Of a stretch of DNA of 64,000 nt, positions 17,067 through 27,212 are shown piece after piece. A program made the translations under genes and the position numbers. Where the stretch lies: positions 2,592,001 through 2,656,000 of the forward strand of contig OZ242374.1 of NCBI GenBank assembly GCA_965209055.1, written 5' to 3'. Source of the stretch: Acidobacteriota bacterium. GTDB taxonomy: Bacteria; Acidobacteriota; UBA6911; RPQK01; JAJDTT01. The notes under the pieces were generated by a model. That model had not been told where the DNA came from. It ran no database searches and worked only from the letters and a program-made list of their open reading frames with translations. Position 1 is the stretch's first letter. Each line of letters begins with the position of its first letter.

Positions 17067-18728
17067 ATGAATATGGTGGTGCACCTCATTCGCAAGGACT
17101 TTCAGCATCTCCGCTTCTATCTGGCCGGATGGCTCGCTCTGGTGATCCTGCGCGCGGCCGTGATCGGGTACGGGCCGCTTGATCCCAGCATCTGGAACTT
17201 CAGTTCATTCAACTATTTCGAGAGTTTGGCCTGGTTTCCGCAGATCTGTTTGCTGGCAATCATGATCGCGCGCCTGGTGCATGACGACTCCCTGGTCGGC
17301 AGCACCGCTTTCTGGTTGGATCGGCCGATTACCGGTCGCCAGCTTCTGTTGGGCAAATTGTCGTTTCTCGGCCTTGCCGTGATGCTACCGCTCTTCGTAG
17401 TCGAACTCCTGCTCCTCGGTTTCCACGGCGTGACTCTACCGGACGTCATTCGCTCGATTCCGCAGATTCTGGCCCTTGAACTCCTTCTGACTTCGGTGCT
17501 GTTGATGCTTGCCGCCGTAACGCGGAAGTTGGTTCACGTGGCCCTATTGGGTCTGCTTGGTCCGATCGTTTGGATGTTGTTCTACAATTTTTCGCGCAAT
17601 CTCTTCTTCGAACACGTTGACCTCAGCGACGCTTTCGGCATCTCGCTGGCGACATCACGGGAAATCGCATTCATGCTGAGCCATCTTGCCGTCGCTGGAT
17701 TCGTGGTCGGCCATCAGTATCTGACTCGACGGACGGCGAGGAGCGCCACCTTGGCCTGCTCCGGACTCCTGGCCGTAGGTTTGGTGGCAGTGATCTGGAG
17801 TTGGGATTTCGTGGCGTCGGCCCAACGATTGGACCGGAGGGTCGTCGATCCGGAACAGTTGACGCTCCGGATCGAGGAGGGAAGCCTGCGTTTCTTTCGA
17901 CGCGTGCGGTCCCAACCATTGAGACGAAGTATGGTCCTGAACGGAAACATTGCGCTGGAGGGCTTGCCGACGGGTGTTTTGGCGGTTCCCGAGCAGGTCA
18001 TCTCACAGGTTTCATTCGGGTCAACGGAAGAGGCGTTTTCCAGCCGACACGGTCACCCGTACGCAATCGAAGGTGACGGCTTCTGGTGGCGATTCAATCA
18101 TCCGCCCAGATTGCATGAAGAGAGAGCCAATATCCTCTCGGCTGCTTTGGGCGGCGTCGACTTTCTGGACGGCGGAAGAAGGCCGATTCTCGAATACCTG
18201 CCCGAGTTGTTGTCTATCGACGAGGAGTCCTACGATCTCCACGGTGGGACTCGGTCCGATCTTACGGTCAAGGTCGGCTTTCTGGTTCAAAGGAACGATA
18301 TCGCGACCTTCCCGTTGGAGCATGGCGCCCGCTACGACAGGGGATCGGACCACGTCGAGATCCTCGGTGTGACCACGAACAAGAACAGCCTGAGGATCGA
18401 ACTGAAAGAGTCGCGTCATCGCCTGATCCAGGACCGGATGAAAAGCCGGTGGTACCTGCTCCGCAACCGGGCTAAGCGGCAGGCGGTTCTGAGCGAAGGA
18501 TCGATTGCCTTTGCCATTCTGACCCCTCCTCTGGGGCCACTTTTGTTTCCCATGCTGGGAATCAGCCATTCGAGTCTGTATTTTCAGTTGCCTTCCACCG
18601 ACTCTCCCGTGGACCCGGACTGGATTGACGACGCCGAGCTCGTCCGGATCGAGACCAGGAACCTGGGCCGTTTCTCCAAGACGATCCGAATGGAGAACCT
18701 CGTCCTGCAAGACATCCCCGGTCCCTGA
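17067..18728 (+). CDS. Large ABC permease-like membrane protein 2
   Basis: SD GAGGAGG; HLIRKDFQHLR, DDSLVGSTAFWL.RPITG; both paralogs end in IPGP. Confidence 0.75.
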   Translation: MNMVVHLIRKDFQHLRFYLAGWLALVILRAAVIGYGPLDPSIWNFSSFNYFESLAWFPQICLLAIMIARLVHDDSLVGSTAFWLDRPITGRQLLLGKLSFLGLAVMLPLFVVELLLLGFHGVTLPDVIRSIPQILALELLLTSVLLMLAAVTRKLVHVALLGLLGPIVWMLFYNFSRNLFFEHVDLSDAFGISLATSREIAFMLSHLAVAGFVVGHQYLTRRTARSATLACSGLLAVGLVAVIWSWDFVASAQRLDRRVVDPEQLTLRIEEGSLRFFRRVRSQPLRRSMVLNGNIALEGLPTGVLAVPEQVISQVSFGSTEEAFSSRHGHPYAIEGDGFWWRFNHPPRLHEERANILSAALGGVDFLDGGRRPILEYLPELLSIDEESYDLHGGTRSDLTVKVGFLVQRNDIATFPLEHGARYDRGSDHVEILGVTTNKNSLRIELKESRHRLIQDRMKSRWYLLRNRAKRQAVLSEGSIAFAILTPPLGPLLFPMLGISHSSLYFQLPSTDSPVDPDWIDDAELVRIETRNLGRFSKTIRMENLVLQDIPGP

Positions 18729-18790
18729 CCGGCTCCGCTGTTGATTCCGGCATTCTCGGCTGCTATCAATCTCGCAAGGAGGGAGCGCTG

Positions 18791-20347
18791 ATGAAACCCG
18801 GATCAGGCCAGAAAAATCCCCACGACCAGTTGGACCGACGCCGATTCATCCAGACTAGTGCCGTCTCCGCCGTGACGGCGGCTGCGGCCTGCGCTGGGCC
18901 TGGAGGGAAATCCTCCGGGACTGCAACGGCCATCGAGCTGGAGAACCGGAAGCCGGGCACCCGGGAATGGCAATTGACCCGGGTCTGGGTCGACCGCGGA
19001 AAGTACCGAAGCGCCCGCATCGAGGGGTACTGCTCCCACCAGTCCATCGAGGCCGGCGACACCCTCTCCCTATTCGTCAGCGCCGAACCCGCCAGCCCCT
19101 TCCGCGTGGACTTCTACCGGTTGGGCTACTACGGCGGCCACGGCGGACGCCTGATGAGTTCGGCGGGGCCGCTGGAGGGCACGCCCCAACCCCTCCCCGA
19201 GGTCGGTCCCAACCGCTTGCGCGAGTGCCGGTGGGAACCGAGCCTCGAGTTCACGATTCCCGAGGACTGGACCAGCGGAGTCTACCTGGGCAAGCTCACC
19301 ACGCTCCCGGCGGGAAATGCGCCCTACTGGCAGAGCTACGTGATCTTCATCGTCCGGGACCGGAGGCCGGCGCACCTTCTCTTCCAGTGCTCGGACAACA
19401 CCTGGCAGGCCTACAACCGCTGGCCCGACGACTACTCACTCTACACCCACCCCGAGGGGGCCCATCATCCCGGCGTGGCGGGCAGCTTCGATCGGCCCTA
19501 CGCCAAGTTTTCCATGTTCGCGGACTTCCCCCTGTCGGTAGGCACGGGGGAGTTCCTGCTCTGGGAGTATCCCCTCTGCTACTGGTTGGAACGGGAGGGG
19601 CTGGATGTCACCTATTGCAGCAACGCCGACGTGCTGGACTCCTCGTTCGTGACCCGTTGCCGGGCCTTCGTCAGCGTCGGACACGACGAGTATTGGGATA
19701 TTCGTCAGTACCGGGCCATCGAGGCTGCCATCGGAGAAGGGGTCAACGTCCTCTGGCTCAGCGCCAACGACGTCTACATGGTCAGTCCCTTCACGCCTTC
19801 CTCGACCGGCGTCCCCAACCGGATCATCACCCGGCTCCACAGCTACGGCCCGTTGCGTCCCGAAGAGATCGAGAGATATTCGGAGATTCTGGGGCCCTTC
19901 GAGGGGGCCGGCCCGGACGAGCGGAACATCATCGGAGCCCGCACCGTGGTGCCCTTCAACGGATCGGGCGACTGGATCTGCACGACTCCCGATCACTGGA
20001 TCTTCGAAGGGACCGGGATGGCGAAGGGGGACTTCATTCCCGGTCTGGTGGGCTGGGAATTTCACGGCGACCCCGACCTGGAACGCGAGGGCCTGGAGGT
20101 CGTAGGCCAGGGGACCGTCTGGACCCATGGGGTAACTCCCGGCGAGTGGGCCGCAACCATCTTCCCCGGTCCCAAGGGGAACTTCGTCTTCAACGCCTCC
20201 ACCATCTTCTGGGCCCAGGGTCTGGACTCTCCGCCCGGGCACACTGTGCCCTGGACCCATTTCACCCGGCCCCTCGGGCCCGACCCGAGGGTTCAGCGCA
20301 TCACCCGCAACCTCATCGACAGAGCCGCCGCTCCCAATCCGGCCTGA
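18791..20347 (+). CDS. Tat-exported N,N-dimethylformamidase large-subunit-like protein (DUF6605-like)
   Basis: DRRRFI Tat motif; IELEN.KPG, YRLGYYGG.GGR, W.SGVY, NTWQAYN.W, SFDRPY, SVGHDEYW. Confidence 0.8.
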   Translation: MKPGSGQKNPHDQLDRRRFIQTSAVSAVTAAAACAGPGGKSSGTATAIELENRKPGTREWQLTRVWVDRGKYRSARIEGYCSHQSIEAGDTLSLFVSAEPASPFRVDFYRLGYYGGHGGRLMSSAGPLEGTPQPLPEVGPNRLRECRWEPSLEFTIPEDWTSGVYLGKLTTLPAGNAPYWQSYVIFIVRDRRPAHLLFQCSDNTWQAYNRWPDDYSLYTHPEGAHHPGVAGSFDRPYAKFSMFADFPLSVGTGEFLLWEYPLCYWLEREGLDVTYCSNADVLDSSFVTRCRAFVSVGHDEYWDIRQYRAIEAAIGEGVNVLWLSANDVYMVSPFTPSSTGVPNRIITRLHSYGPLRPEEIERYSEILGPFEGAGPDERNIIGARTVVPFNGSGDWICTTPDHWIFEGTGMAKGDFIPGLVGWEFHGDPDLEREGLEVVGQGTVWTHGVTPGEWAATIFPGPKGNFVFNASTIFWAQGLDSPPGHTVPWTHFTRPLGPDPRVQRITRNLIDRAAAPNPA

Positions 20348-20364
20348 GGGAACGACCCATCGCC

Positions 20365-21270
20365 ATGAGCCTGACGTTGCTGGTGCTGGCTGCGGGGATG
20401 GGAAGCCGCTACGGGGGCCTCAAGCAGATCGACCCGGTGGGACCCGGCGGGGAGACGCTGCTGGACTATTCCGTCTACGACGCCGTCCGCGCCGGCTTCG
20501 ATCGGGTGGTCTTCATCGTGCGCGGGGATATGGAGTCCGATTTCCGGTCTGCGGCGGGGAGCAAGATCGAGCAGCAGGTTCCGGTGGAATACTGCCGCCA
20601 GGAGTTGGAAATGGTTCCCGGGTGGTTCTCCATTCCGCCCGGGCGCCGCAAGCCCTGGGGCACGGGCCATGCCGTATGGGCGGCCCGGGACGCCATCGAC
20701 GGCAACTTCGCCGCCGTCAACGCCGACGACTTCTACGGCGCCGGCTCCTACCGGAAGCTGGCGGTCCACCTCCAGCAGGCGGCGGACGGCCGCCGGGGAG
20801 ACTACGGAATGGTGGGATTCCGGCTGCGCGAGACGCTCTCGGATCACGGCACGGTGGCCCGGGGGGTCTGCCGCAGCCGTCAGGGCCTTCTGGAGCAGGT
20901 CGTCGAGCTGACCCGTATCGCCAGGACCGGTGACGGGGCCGTTCATTCCGATCCGCAGGGACGGGCCCACAACCTCTCCGGAGACGAGTTGGTCTCCATG
21001 AACATGTGGGGTTTCACTCCCAGCATCTTCGACCATCTTGAACGGGCCTTCGCCCGCTTCCTGCGAGAGCGGGGCGGGGAAGACGGAGCCGAGTTCATGA
21101 TCCCCACCCTGGTCAACGACCTCGTCGCCGCCGGCCAGGCGAGGGTCCGGGTGCTCCGGTCCTCCGATTCCTGGTTCGGGGTCACCTACCGGGAGGACCG
21201 AAAACGCGTGACGAGTCAGATTCGGGATCTGGTGCGCCGTGGATCCTATCCGACTCCCCTTTGGCAATAA
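20365..21270 (+). CDS. Sugar-phosphate nucleotidyltransferase
   Basis: LAAGMGSRYGGLKQ, KPWGTGHA, NADDFYG, SMNMWGF, WFGVTY.ED. Confidence 0.9.
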   Translation: MSLTLLVLAAGMGSRYGGLKQIDPVGPGGETLLDYSVYDAVRAGFDRVVFIVRGDMESDFRSAAGSKIEQQVPVEYCRQELEMVPGWFSIPPGRRKPWGTGHAVWAARDAIDGNFAAVNADDFYGAGSYRKLAVHLQQAADGRRGDYGMVGFRLRETLSDHGTVARGVCRSRQGLLEQVVELTRIARTGDGAVHSDPQGRAHNLSGDELVSMNMWGFTPSIFDHLERAFARFLRERGGEDGAEFMIPTLVNDLVAAGQARVRVLRSSDSWFGVTYREDRKRVTSQIRDLVRRGSYPTPLWQ

Positions 21271-21380
21271 TTTGTCTATTGATAGATAATAACGAGTCAG
21301 TGTTTATCATTTAAAGTAAATTCACGTGCCATTTTGGGGACGCGGCGGATGGCGATGCAGCGCCAGAACCGGTGCATCGC

Positions 21381-21410
21381 TTGACACGGATTCGGCTTCA
21401 GGGGTACCTT
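21381..21410 (+). promoter_or_regulatory. Possible sigma70 promoter for the DUF1501 operon
   Basis: TTGACA-N18-TACCTT, ~30 nt before the ATG. Confidence 0.4.
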
Positions 21411-21441
21411 CCGGCTATCAATCTACACCGGTGGTGATTCC

Positions 21442-22920
21442 ATGCATCTACCTGAGAGTTCTCAACTTCCGGGACCCAATTCCATTTCCCGGCGGCAACT
21501 TCTGGCCCGGTCCGGGCTCGGTTTCGGCAGCATCGCCCTGGCCAGTCTCCTGGATTCCGAGAACCTCCTGGGAACTCCGGCGCTCGACAAGCCCGGGCGG
21601 CCCTACATGGACCTCAAGCCGCGGAAAGGCCACTTTCCGGGTCCGGCCAAGGCGGTGATTCAACTGGTCCAGAACGGCGGACCCAGCCAGATGGATCTCT
21701 TCGACCCCAAGCCTGAGCTCACCAGGAGAGCCGGCCAGCCCCATCCCGACGGCGTCGAGATCCACCAGCCCAACAACCTGAACATCCTCATGCCCTGCCC
21801 CTACGAGTTCAAAAAACACGGGCAGTCGGGCATGGAGATCGCGGAAGTGCTGCCCCAACTGAGCGGCGTGGCCGACGAACTCTGCATGGTCCGGTCCATG
21901 TACTCGGTGCACAACAACCATCCCGAGGGGCTCAACAACCTCCTCACCTCCCAGATCTTTCCGGGGCGTCCGGTGATGGGCTCCTGGATCAGCTACGCCC
22001 TGGGGACCGAAAACCAAAACCTTCCCGCCTACGTGGTGCTCCGGGCTCCGGAGGGGTACAGCGTCAGCGGAAAGATCCTCTGGTCCAGCGGTTGGCTGCC
22101 GGCCCTATACCAGGGGGTCGAGTTCAGCTCCATCGGAACCCCCGTGCATCACCTTCAGCAGGAGGTGCCCCTGCCGCCGGGCGTGCAGCGGCAGAGCCTC
22201 GACCTGTTGGCCCGTCTCAACCAACGGCATCTCGTCCATCACCCGGAAACGTCGGAGTTGGAAGCCCGGATCCAGAACTACGAGCTGGCGGCGAGGATGC
22301 AGTTGGCGGCGGCCGACATTTTGGATCTCTCCCGGGAGTCGGAGGCCACCCGAAAGATGTACGGCCTGGACAACCCTCTGACCGCCCCCTACGCGACCCG
22401 CTGTCTCATGGCTCGGCGCCTGGTGGAATCGGGAGTCCGGTTCGTGCAGGTCTTCTCCGGGAAGGGCCAGCCCTGGGACAGCCACGACAACCTCAAGAAC
22501 AATCTGGCCAAGATCTGCGCCAAGACGGACCAGCCGACGGCCGCACTGATCAAGGACCTCAAGAGCCGGGGTCTACTCGAGAGCACCGTCATCATGTGGG
22601 CCGGCGAGTTCGGCCGGCTCCCCACGACGCAGAACTCCGACGGGCGGGACCACAACCGCAATGCCTTCACCATCCTGTTCGCCGGTGGGGGATTCAAGCC
22701 CGGTCTGACCTACGGCGCCACCGACGAGTTCGCTTACAAGGCGGTGGAGAACCGGGTGAGTTGCCCCGACATGCAGGCCACGCTCTATCGGCTGCTGGGG
22801 ATCGACCACTCTCGCCTGACCTACCGCCACGGCGGCCGGGAGGAGACGCCCACCAACCTGGCCATCACTGGCGCCAAGGTGGTGAACGACCTCATCGAGC
22901 ACCCCCTTCCCGGAGCCTGA
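21442..22920 (+). CDS. DUF1501 domain protein (Tat signal)
   Basis: SRRQLL, AKAVI...GGPSQMDLFDPKP, ARRLVESGVRFV, WDSH, GEFGRLP, GRDH. Confidence 0.92.
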   Translation: MHLPESSQLPGPNSISRRQLLARSGLGFGSIALASLLDSENLLGTPALDKPGRPYMDLKPRKGHFPGPAKAVIQLVQNGGPSQMDLFDPKPELTRRAGQPHPDGVEIHQPNNLNILMPCPYEFKKHGQSGMEIAEVLPQLSGVADELCMVRSMYSVHNNHPEGLNNLLTSQIFPGRPVMGSWISYALGTENQNLPAYVVLRAPEGYSVSGKILWSSGWLPALYQGVEFSSIGTPVHHLQQEVPLPPGVQRQSLDLLARLNQRHLVHHPETSELEARIQNYELAARMQLAAADILDLSRESEATRKMYGLDNPLTAPYATRCLMARRLVESGVRFVQVFSGKGQPWDSHDNLKNNLAKICAKTDQPTAALIKDLKSRGLLESTVIMWAGEFGRLPTTQNSDGRDHNRNAFTILFAGGGFKPGLTYGATDEFAYKAVENRVSCPDMQATLYRLLGIDHSRLTYRHGGREETPTNLAITGAKVVNDLIEHPLPGA

Positions 22921-22925
22921 CCTCC

Positions 22926-25847
22926 ATGAGATCCGGACCGGTCTTGCAAGGGGCGTTGCCGCTGCGTTTCTGCGGCGTTCTGGCCGCCGCTCCTGGGCCC
23001 ACCTTCGAAAAGGACGTGCTCCCCATCTTCACGGCCCACTGCTTCGCCTGCCATGGGGGCACCTCCATGATCGGCCTGGACCTGCGCACGGCCCAGTCGG
23101 TCATGAAGGGATCTCACAACGGTCCGGTATTGGCGCCGGGCGACTCTGCCGAAAGCCTGCTCTACCAAAAAATTTCTGCCCGGGAGATGCCGCCCAAGGC
23201 CTTCACCCTGGACCTGTCCGACGCTCAGATCGAAACCATCAAGGGCTGGATCGAGGCGGGTGCGCCTCATGAGAAGGTCCAACCTCTTCTGGCCGCGGAT
23301 CAGGTGGAGCGGTTCAACCACCAGGCGCTGCCCATCTTCGAAGTCAAGTGCCTCGCCTGCCACGGTCAGGAACCCCCACCCGGAGGCCTGGATCTGAGGA
23401 CGCTGGAGGCCACCCTCAAGGGGAGTGAAAACGGACCCGTCGTCGTGGAGGGAGCCTCCGAGCTGAGCATACTGATCCGCATGGTCTCCGCCGGGAGCAT
23501 GCCCCCGCCCGGAGTCGGACCCCCCCTCACCGAAGAGGAGATCGACGGCCTTCGGGCCTGGATCGATTCCTCCCGCTTCGGACCCGATCTCATCACCGAA
23601 GAGCGGGAGACCTTCAGTCTGGCGGAGGCGCCTCCCATCACCGGGGAAGATCGGAATTTCTGGGCTTACCGCAAGCCTGTGGCCGCTCCGGTGCCTCGAG
23701 TCAAGGACCGGAAGCAGGTCCGAACTCCCATCGACGCCTTCGTCCTGGCCAGGCTGGAAGCCAAGGGTCTGGGAATTTCCCCCGAGGAGTCGCGGCCGAC
23801 ACTGATGCGCCGCGCTTATTTCGATCTCATCGGTCTGCCCCCGACCCCGGAGGAGATGGAGAAGTTTCTTTCCGATACCCGCTCGGACGCTTATGAACGC
23901 TTGGTGAACCGGCTGCTGGAGTCGCCCCACTACGGGGAGCGCTGGGGCCGCCACTGGCTGGACCTGATGGGCTATACCGACGTCACCGGATTCGACAACG
24001 ATCTTCCCATCACCAACCTCTTCGAGGGAATCTGGCGGTACCGGGACTGGGTGGTGGAGGCCCTCAATCAGGACAAGCCGTATGATCGTTTCCTGACCGA
24101 ACAACTGGCCGGTGACGAGCTGGTCGACTGGCGGTCCGCCCGGCAGTACACGCCGGAGACGGTCCGGCTCCTGACCGCCACCGGCTACATGCGCAGCAGC
24201 ATGGACCGGACCGACTCCGACATCGTCAATCTGCCGGGCGAGAGATACTCGGTCATTTTCGACATGGTCGAGCGGGTCTCCACCGGTGTCATGGCCCTCA
24301 CGGTCGGCTGCGCCCGTTGCCACTCCCACAAGTTCGATCCCATTCCCCAGCGCGACTACTACCGGCTGATGGCCGTCTTCACCCCCGCCTTCAATCCCAT
24401 GCGTTGGAAGCAGCCCAAGGACCGTTTCCTTCCCGACGTCTCCCGCGCCGACCAGAAGGACATCGAGCGGCACAACGCCGAGATCGACGCGCCTCAGAAG
24501 AAGCTGAAGGAGAAGCTGACTGCTCTGCGCAAACCTTACGAGGAGATGCTCCTGGACAAGAAGCTGGAGCCAATCTCCCATGAGATCCGCTCCGACGTGA
24601 AGACGGCGTGGCAGATGCCCGAAGAGAAGCGCGACGAGATCCAGAAGTACCTGGCGGAGAAATTCGGGACCCTGTTGGAGGTGAAGCCGGAGGAGGTGGA
24701 CAAGGCCCTCTCGGAGGAGCACAAGGCGGAGGCGGCAGGGTTTCGGAAGAAGATCGACACCCTCGAGGGGTATCGGCGGAGCTTCAACAGGATCGAGGCG
24801 CTGTTCGACGTGGGACCTCCCCCCGTGACCCGTCTGCTGCAGCGGGGAGACATCGAGTCTCCGGGACCCCGGGTCACGCCGGGGGGGTTGGCGGTCCTGA
24901 GCCCGCCCGGCGAGGAATCGATCCGGAGACCGGAAGAGACCCGGGGAGAAACCAGCGGCTACCGCCTCGGTCTGGCCAAGTGGCTGACCAGCCGCGACCA
25001 TCCCTTGACGGCCCGGGTCATGGTCAACCGGGTGTGGCACCACCTCATGGGACGGGGGATCGTGTCCACTCCCGGCAACTTCGGCCGCAACGGTTCTCCG
25101 CCCACCCATCCCGAGCTGCTGGACTGGCTGGCGGTGGACTTCATGGAAAACGGCTGGTCCGTGAAGCGGCTGATCCGAACCATCATGACCTCCAGCGTCT
25201 ACCGCCAAGCCCTGCGGCAGCCGGACGGCGCGCCCGGCGAGACGGTGGATCCCGAGAACCTGCTCCTCTGGCGCATGAACCTGAAGCGCCTGGAGGCGGA
25301 GACTCTTCGCGACGCCATCCTGGCGGCCAGCGGGAGATTGGACCGGAGTCTGGGCGGGACGCCGGCGCTGCTCGAGTTCGACGCCGCGGGCCTGCAGACC
25401 GTGGGGGGCGAAGAACCGGACACCCGGAACCCGTTGCGCCGCAGCCTCTACATTCTGGCCCGGAGGAACTACCCGCTCAATTTCCTGGAAGCCTTCGACT
25501 ATCCCAAGGTCACGGTCAACTGCACCCGCAGGGTGAACTCGGTGACGCCGATCCAGTCGCTGACGCTCATGAACGATCCGTTCGTGGTGGAGGAGGCCGG
25601 CCATCTGGCTCGGAGGGTCCGGGATCTGGCCGGCGAGAGTCCCGAAGACAGAGTCCGCATGGCCTATCTCCTGACTCTTTCACGTCAACCCAAGCCGGAG
25701 GAGGTCCGGATCGGCCGGGATCATCTGCGGAAGCAGGAACGGAACTACCGTTTTGCCAATGCCACTCCGGAGAAGGCGTCCGAGGCGGCGTTGTCCAACC
25801 TCTGCCAGACGCTGTTTGCCACGAACGAATTTCTGTATCTGGAATAA
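22926..25847 (+). CDS. Planctomycete-type cytochrome c protein: 2x PSCyt1 + PSCyt2 (DUF1549) + PSD1 (DUF1553)
   Basis: CFACH, CLACH, CARCHSHKFDPI; YGERWGRHWLD; TARVMVNRVW; HPELLDWLA; NEFLY. Confidence 0.92.
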   Translation: MRSGPVLQGALPLRFCGVLAAAPGPTFEKDVLPIFTAHCFACHGGTSMIGLDLRTAQSVMKGSHNGPVLAPGDSAESLLYQKISAREMPPKAFTLDLSDAQIETIKGWIEAGAPHEKVQPLLAADQVERFNHQALPIFEVKCLACHGQEPPPGGLDLRTLEATLKGSENGPVVVEGASELSILIRMVSAGSMPPPGVGPPLTEEEIDGLRAWIDSSRFGPDLITEERETFSLAEAPPITGEDRNFWAYRKPVAAPVPRVKDRKQVRTPIDAFVLARLEAKGLGISPEESRPTLMRRAYFDLIGLPPTPEEMEKFLSDTRSDAYERLVNRLLESPHYGERWGRHWLDLMGYTDVTGFDNDLPITNLFEGIWRYRDWVVEALNQDKPYDRFLTEQLAGDELVDWRSARQYTPETVRLLTATGYMRSSMDRTDSDIVNLPGERYSVIFDMVERVSTGVMALTVGCARCHSHKFDPIPQRDYYRLMAVFTPAFNPMRWKQPKDRFLPDVSRADQKDIERHNAEIDAPQKKLKEKLTALRKPYEEMLLDKKLEPISHEIRSDVKTAWQMPEEKRDEIQKYLAEKFGTLLEVKPEEVDKALSEEHKAEAAGFRKKIDTLEGYRRSFNRIEALFDVGPPPVTRLLQRGDIESPGPRVTPGGLAVLSPPGEESIRRPEETRGETSGYRLGLAKWLTSRDHPLTARVMVNRVWHHLMGRGIVSTPGNFGRNGSPPTHPELLDWLAVDFMENGWSVKRLIRTIMTSSVYRQALRQPDGAPGETVDPENLLLWRMNLKRLEAETLRDAILAASGRLDRSLGGTPALLEFDAAGLQTVGGEEPDTRNPLRRSLYILARRNYPLNFLEAFDYPKVTVNCTRRVNSVTPIQSLTLMNDPFVVEEAGHLARRVRDLAGESPEDRVRMAYLLTLSRQPKPEEVRIGRDHLRKQERNYRFANATPEKASEAALSNLCQTLFATNEFLYLE

Positions 25848-25928
25848 CGGGCGACCGCCCCGCCCGGCTGACCTGCAACCCCATCCTTCGGACCCGTAGG
25901 AGAATGGCCCCGGCCGAGTCGAACCATC

Positions 25929-27212
25929 ATGTCCCTGGAACTGCGAAACCGGATCTTCAAGCAATTGGACTCGATGTGGCTCATCGATCCCCACACCCAC
26001 ATCGACCCTCACCGGCCCGCCGCCGACACGCTGGCCGACATCCTGGGATATCACTACTACACGGAGCTGGCGCACTCCGCCGGCATGCCCCGGGAGGAGA
26101 TCGAAGAGCCGGGGGTCGGACCCCGGGAAAAGACCAGGCGGCTGATTGCCAACCTGGGGCCGGTGGAAAATACGGTCCAGTACAGTTGGCTGGTGGAGAT
26201 GGCCCAGTCGCTGCTCGGCTTCGAAGGCGACCGGATCACGCCGGACAACTGGGAGGCGCTCTACGATACCTCAGAGCGCCTCATGTCCTCGGCGACCTGG
26301 GAACAGGACGTGCTCCGGAGGAGCCGTCTCCGGCGCGTGTTCCTGACCAGCGATTTCGACGATCCCCTGGAGGGGTTCGATACGGAGTTGTACATCCCCT
26401 GTCTCAGGGCCGACGATCTGGTGTTCGGCCTCGCCGATCCTGCCGTCCGGGGGCGCCTGGAAAAAGCGGCAGGCGTCTCCGTCCACGACCCCGCAGGCTT
26501 GCGGAGAGCCCTTGGCTCCCTCTTCCGGCATTTCGCGTCCCGCAACGCCCGAGCGGCCGCGATCTCACTGCCGCCCGACTTCACTCCTGTGAAAATCTCC
26601 GAGCGAGAGGCGGCGGCCGCTCTGGACCGCATTCTGCCGGGTAGAGAAGACGGCGGCCTCCACTCGCGGCGATCGTTGTCCCATTTCGTTTTCTGGACGC
26701 TGGCCGAGTTCTGTGCCGAGTTCCGGCTGCCCTTCGACCTGATGATCGGGGTCAACCGGGGCGTTTACGAGGCCGGGGTCTTCCAGGGGCAGGACCTGTA
26801 TGACAGCCGCGTCTCGCTGATTCAGTACCGCGAACTGTTCAACGCCTTTCCCCAGGTGACCTTCCCCATCTCGGTGCTGGCCAGCGTCACGAATCAGGAA
26901 CTGACCAGCTACGCCTGGATCTTCCCCAACGTGGTGACCCACGGGCATTGGTGGTACTCCAACGCCCCCGCCTTTCTGGAAGGGGATCTGGCGGCCCGGC
27001 TGGAGACCGTGCCCGCCACCAAGCAGATCGGGTACTACAGCGACATGTACAAGCTGGAGTTCGCGCTGCCCAAGTTCGCCATGTACAAGAGGACCCTGGC
27101 CAAGGTGCTGGCCGAGCGGTTCGTCATCGATCGGGGCTGGCCGGAAGTTCGAGCCTTGGAACTGGGACGGCAGGTGTTGCGCGGCAACGTCGACGCCATC
27201 TTCGGGTTGTAG
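25929..27212 (+). CDS. Uronate isomerase-like amidohydrolase
   Basis: IDPHTH, LGYHYY.E, GHWWY, YYSDMYKLE. Confidence 0.72.
   Translation: MSLELRNRIFKQLDSMWLIDPHTHIDPHRPAADTLADILGYHYYTELAHSAGMPREEIEEPGVGPREKTRRLIANLGPVENTVQYSWLVEMAQSLLGFEGDRITPDNWEALYDTSERLMSSATWEQDVLRRSRLRRVFLTSDFDDPLEGFDTELYIPCLRADDLVFGLADPAVRGRLEKAAGVSVHDPAGLRRALGSLFRHFASRNARAAAISLPPDFTPVKISEREAAAALDRILPGREDGGLHSRRSLSHFVFWTLAEFCAEFRLPFDLMIGVNRGVYEAGVFQGQDLYDSRVSLIQYRELFNAFPQVTFPISVLASVTNQELTSYAWIFPNVVTHGHWWYSNAPAFLEGDLAARLETVPATKQIGYYSDMYKLEFALPKFAMYKRTLAKVLAERFVIDRGWPEVRALELGRQVLRGNVDAIFGL

Noticed and set aside
18967-20364. Apparent long N-terminal fusions in the ORF track (nucleotidyltransferase; likewise 22092-22925, 54877-55191, 16683-17066)
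   Set aside because: Open-frame run-through overlapping real upstream genes in another frame; low-complexity Arg/Gly/Pro translation.
22821-25604. Long antisense ORFs (also 3661-5736, 41691-43514, 45780-48047, 48881-51001, 56678-58432)
   Set aside because: Shadows of well-supported genes on the opposite strand, expected in high-GC DNA; no recognisable motifs.
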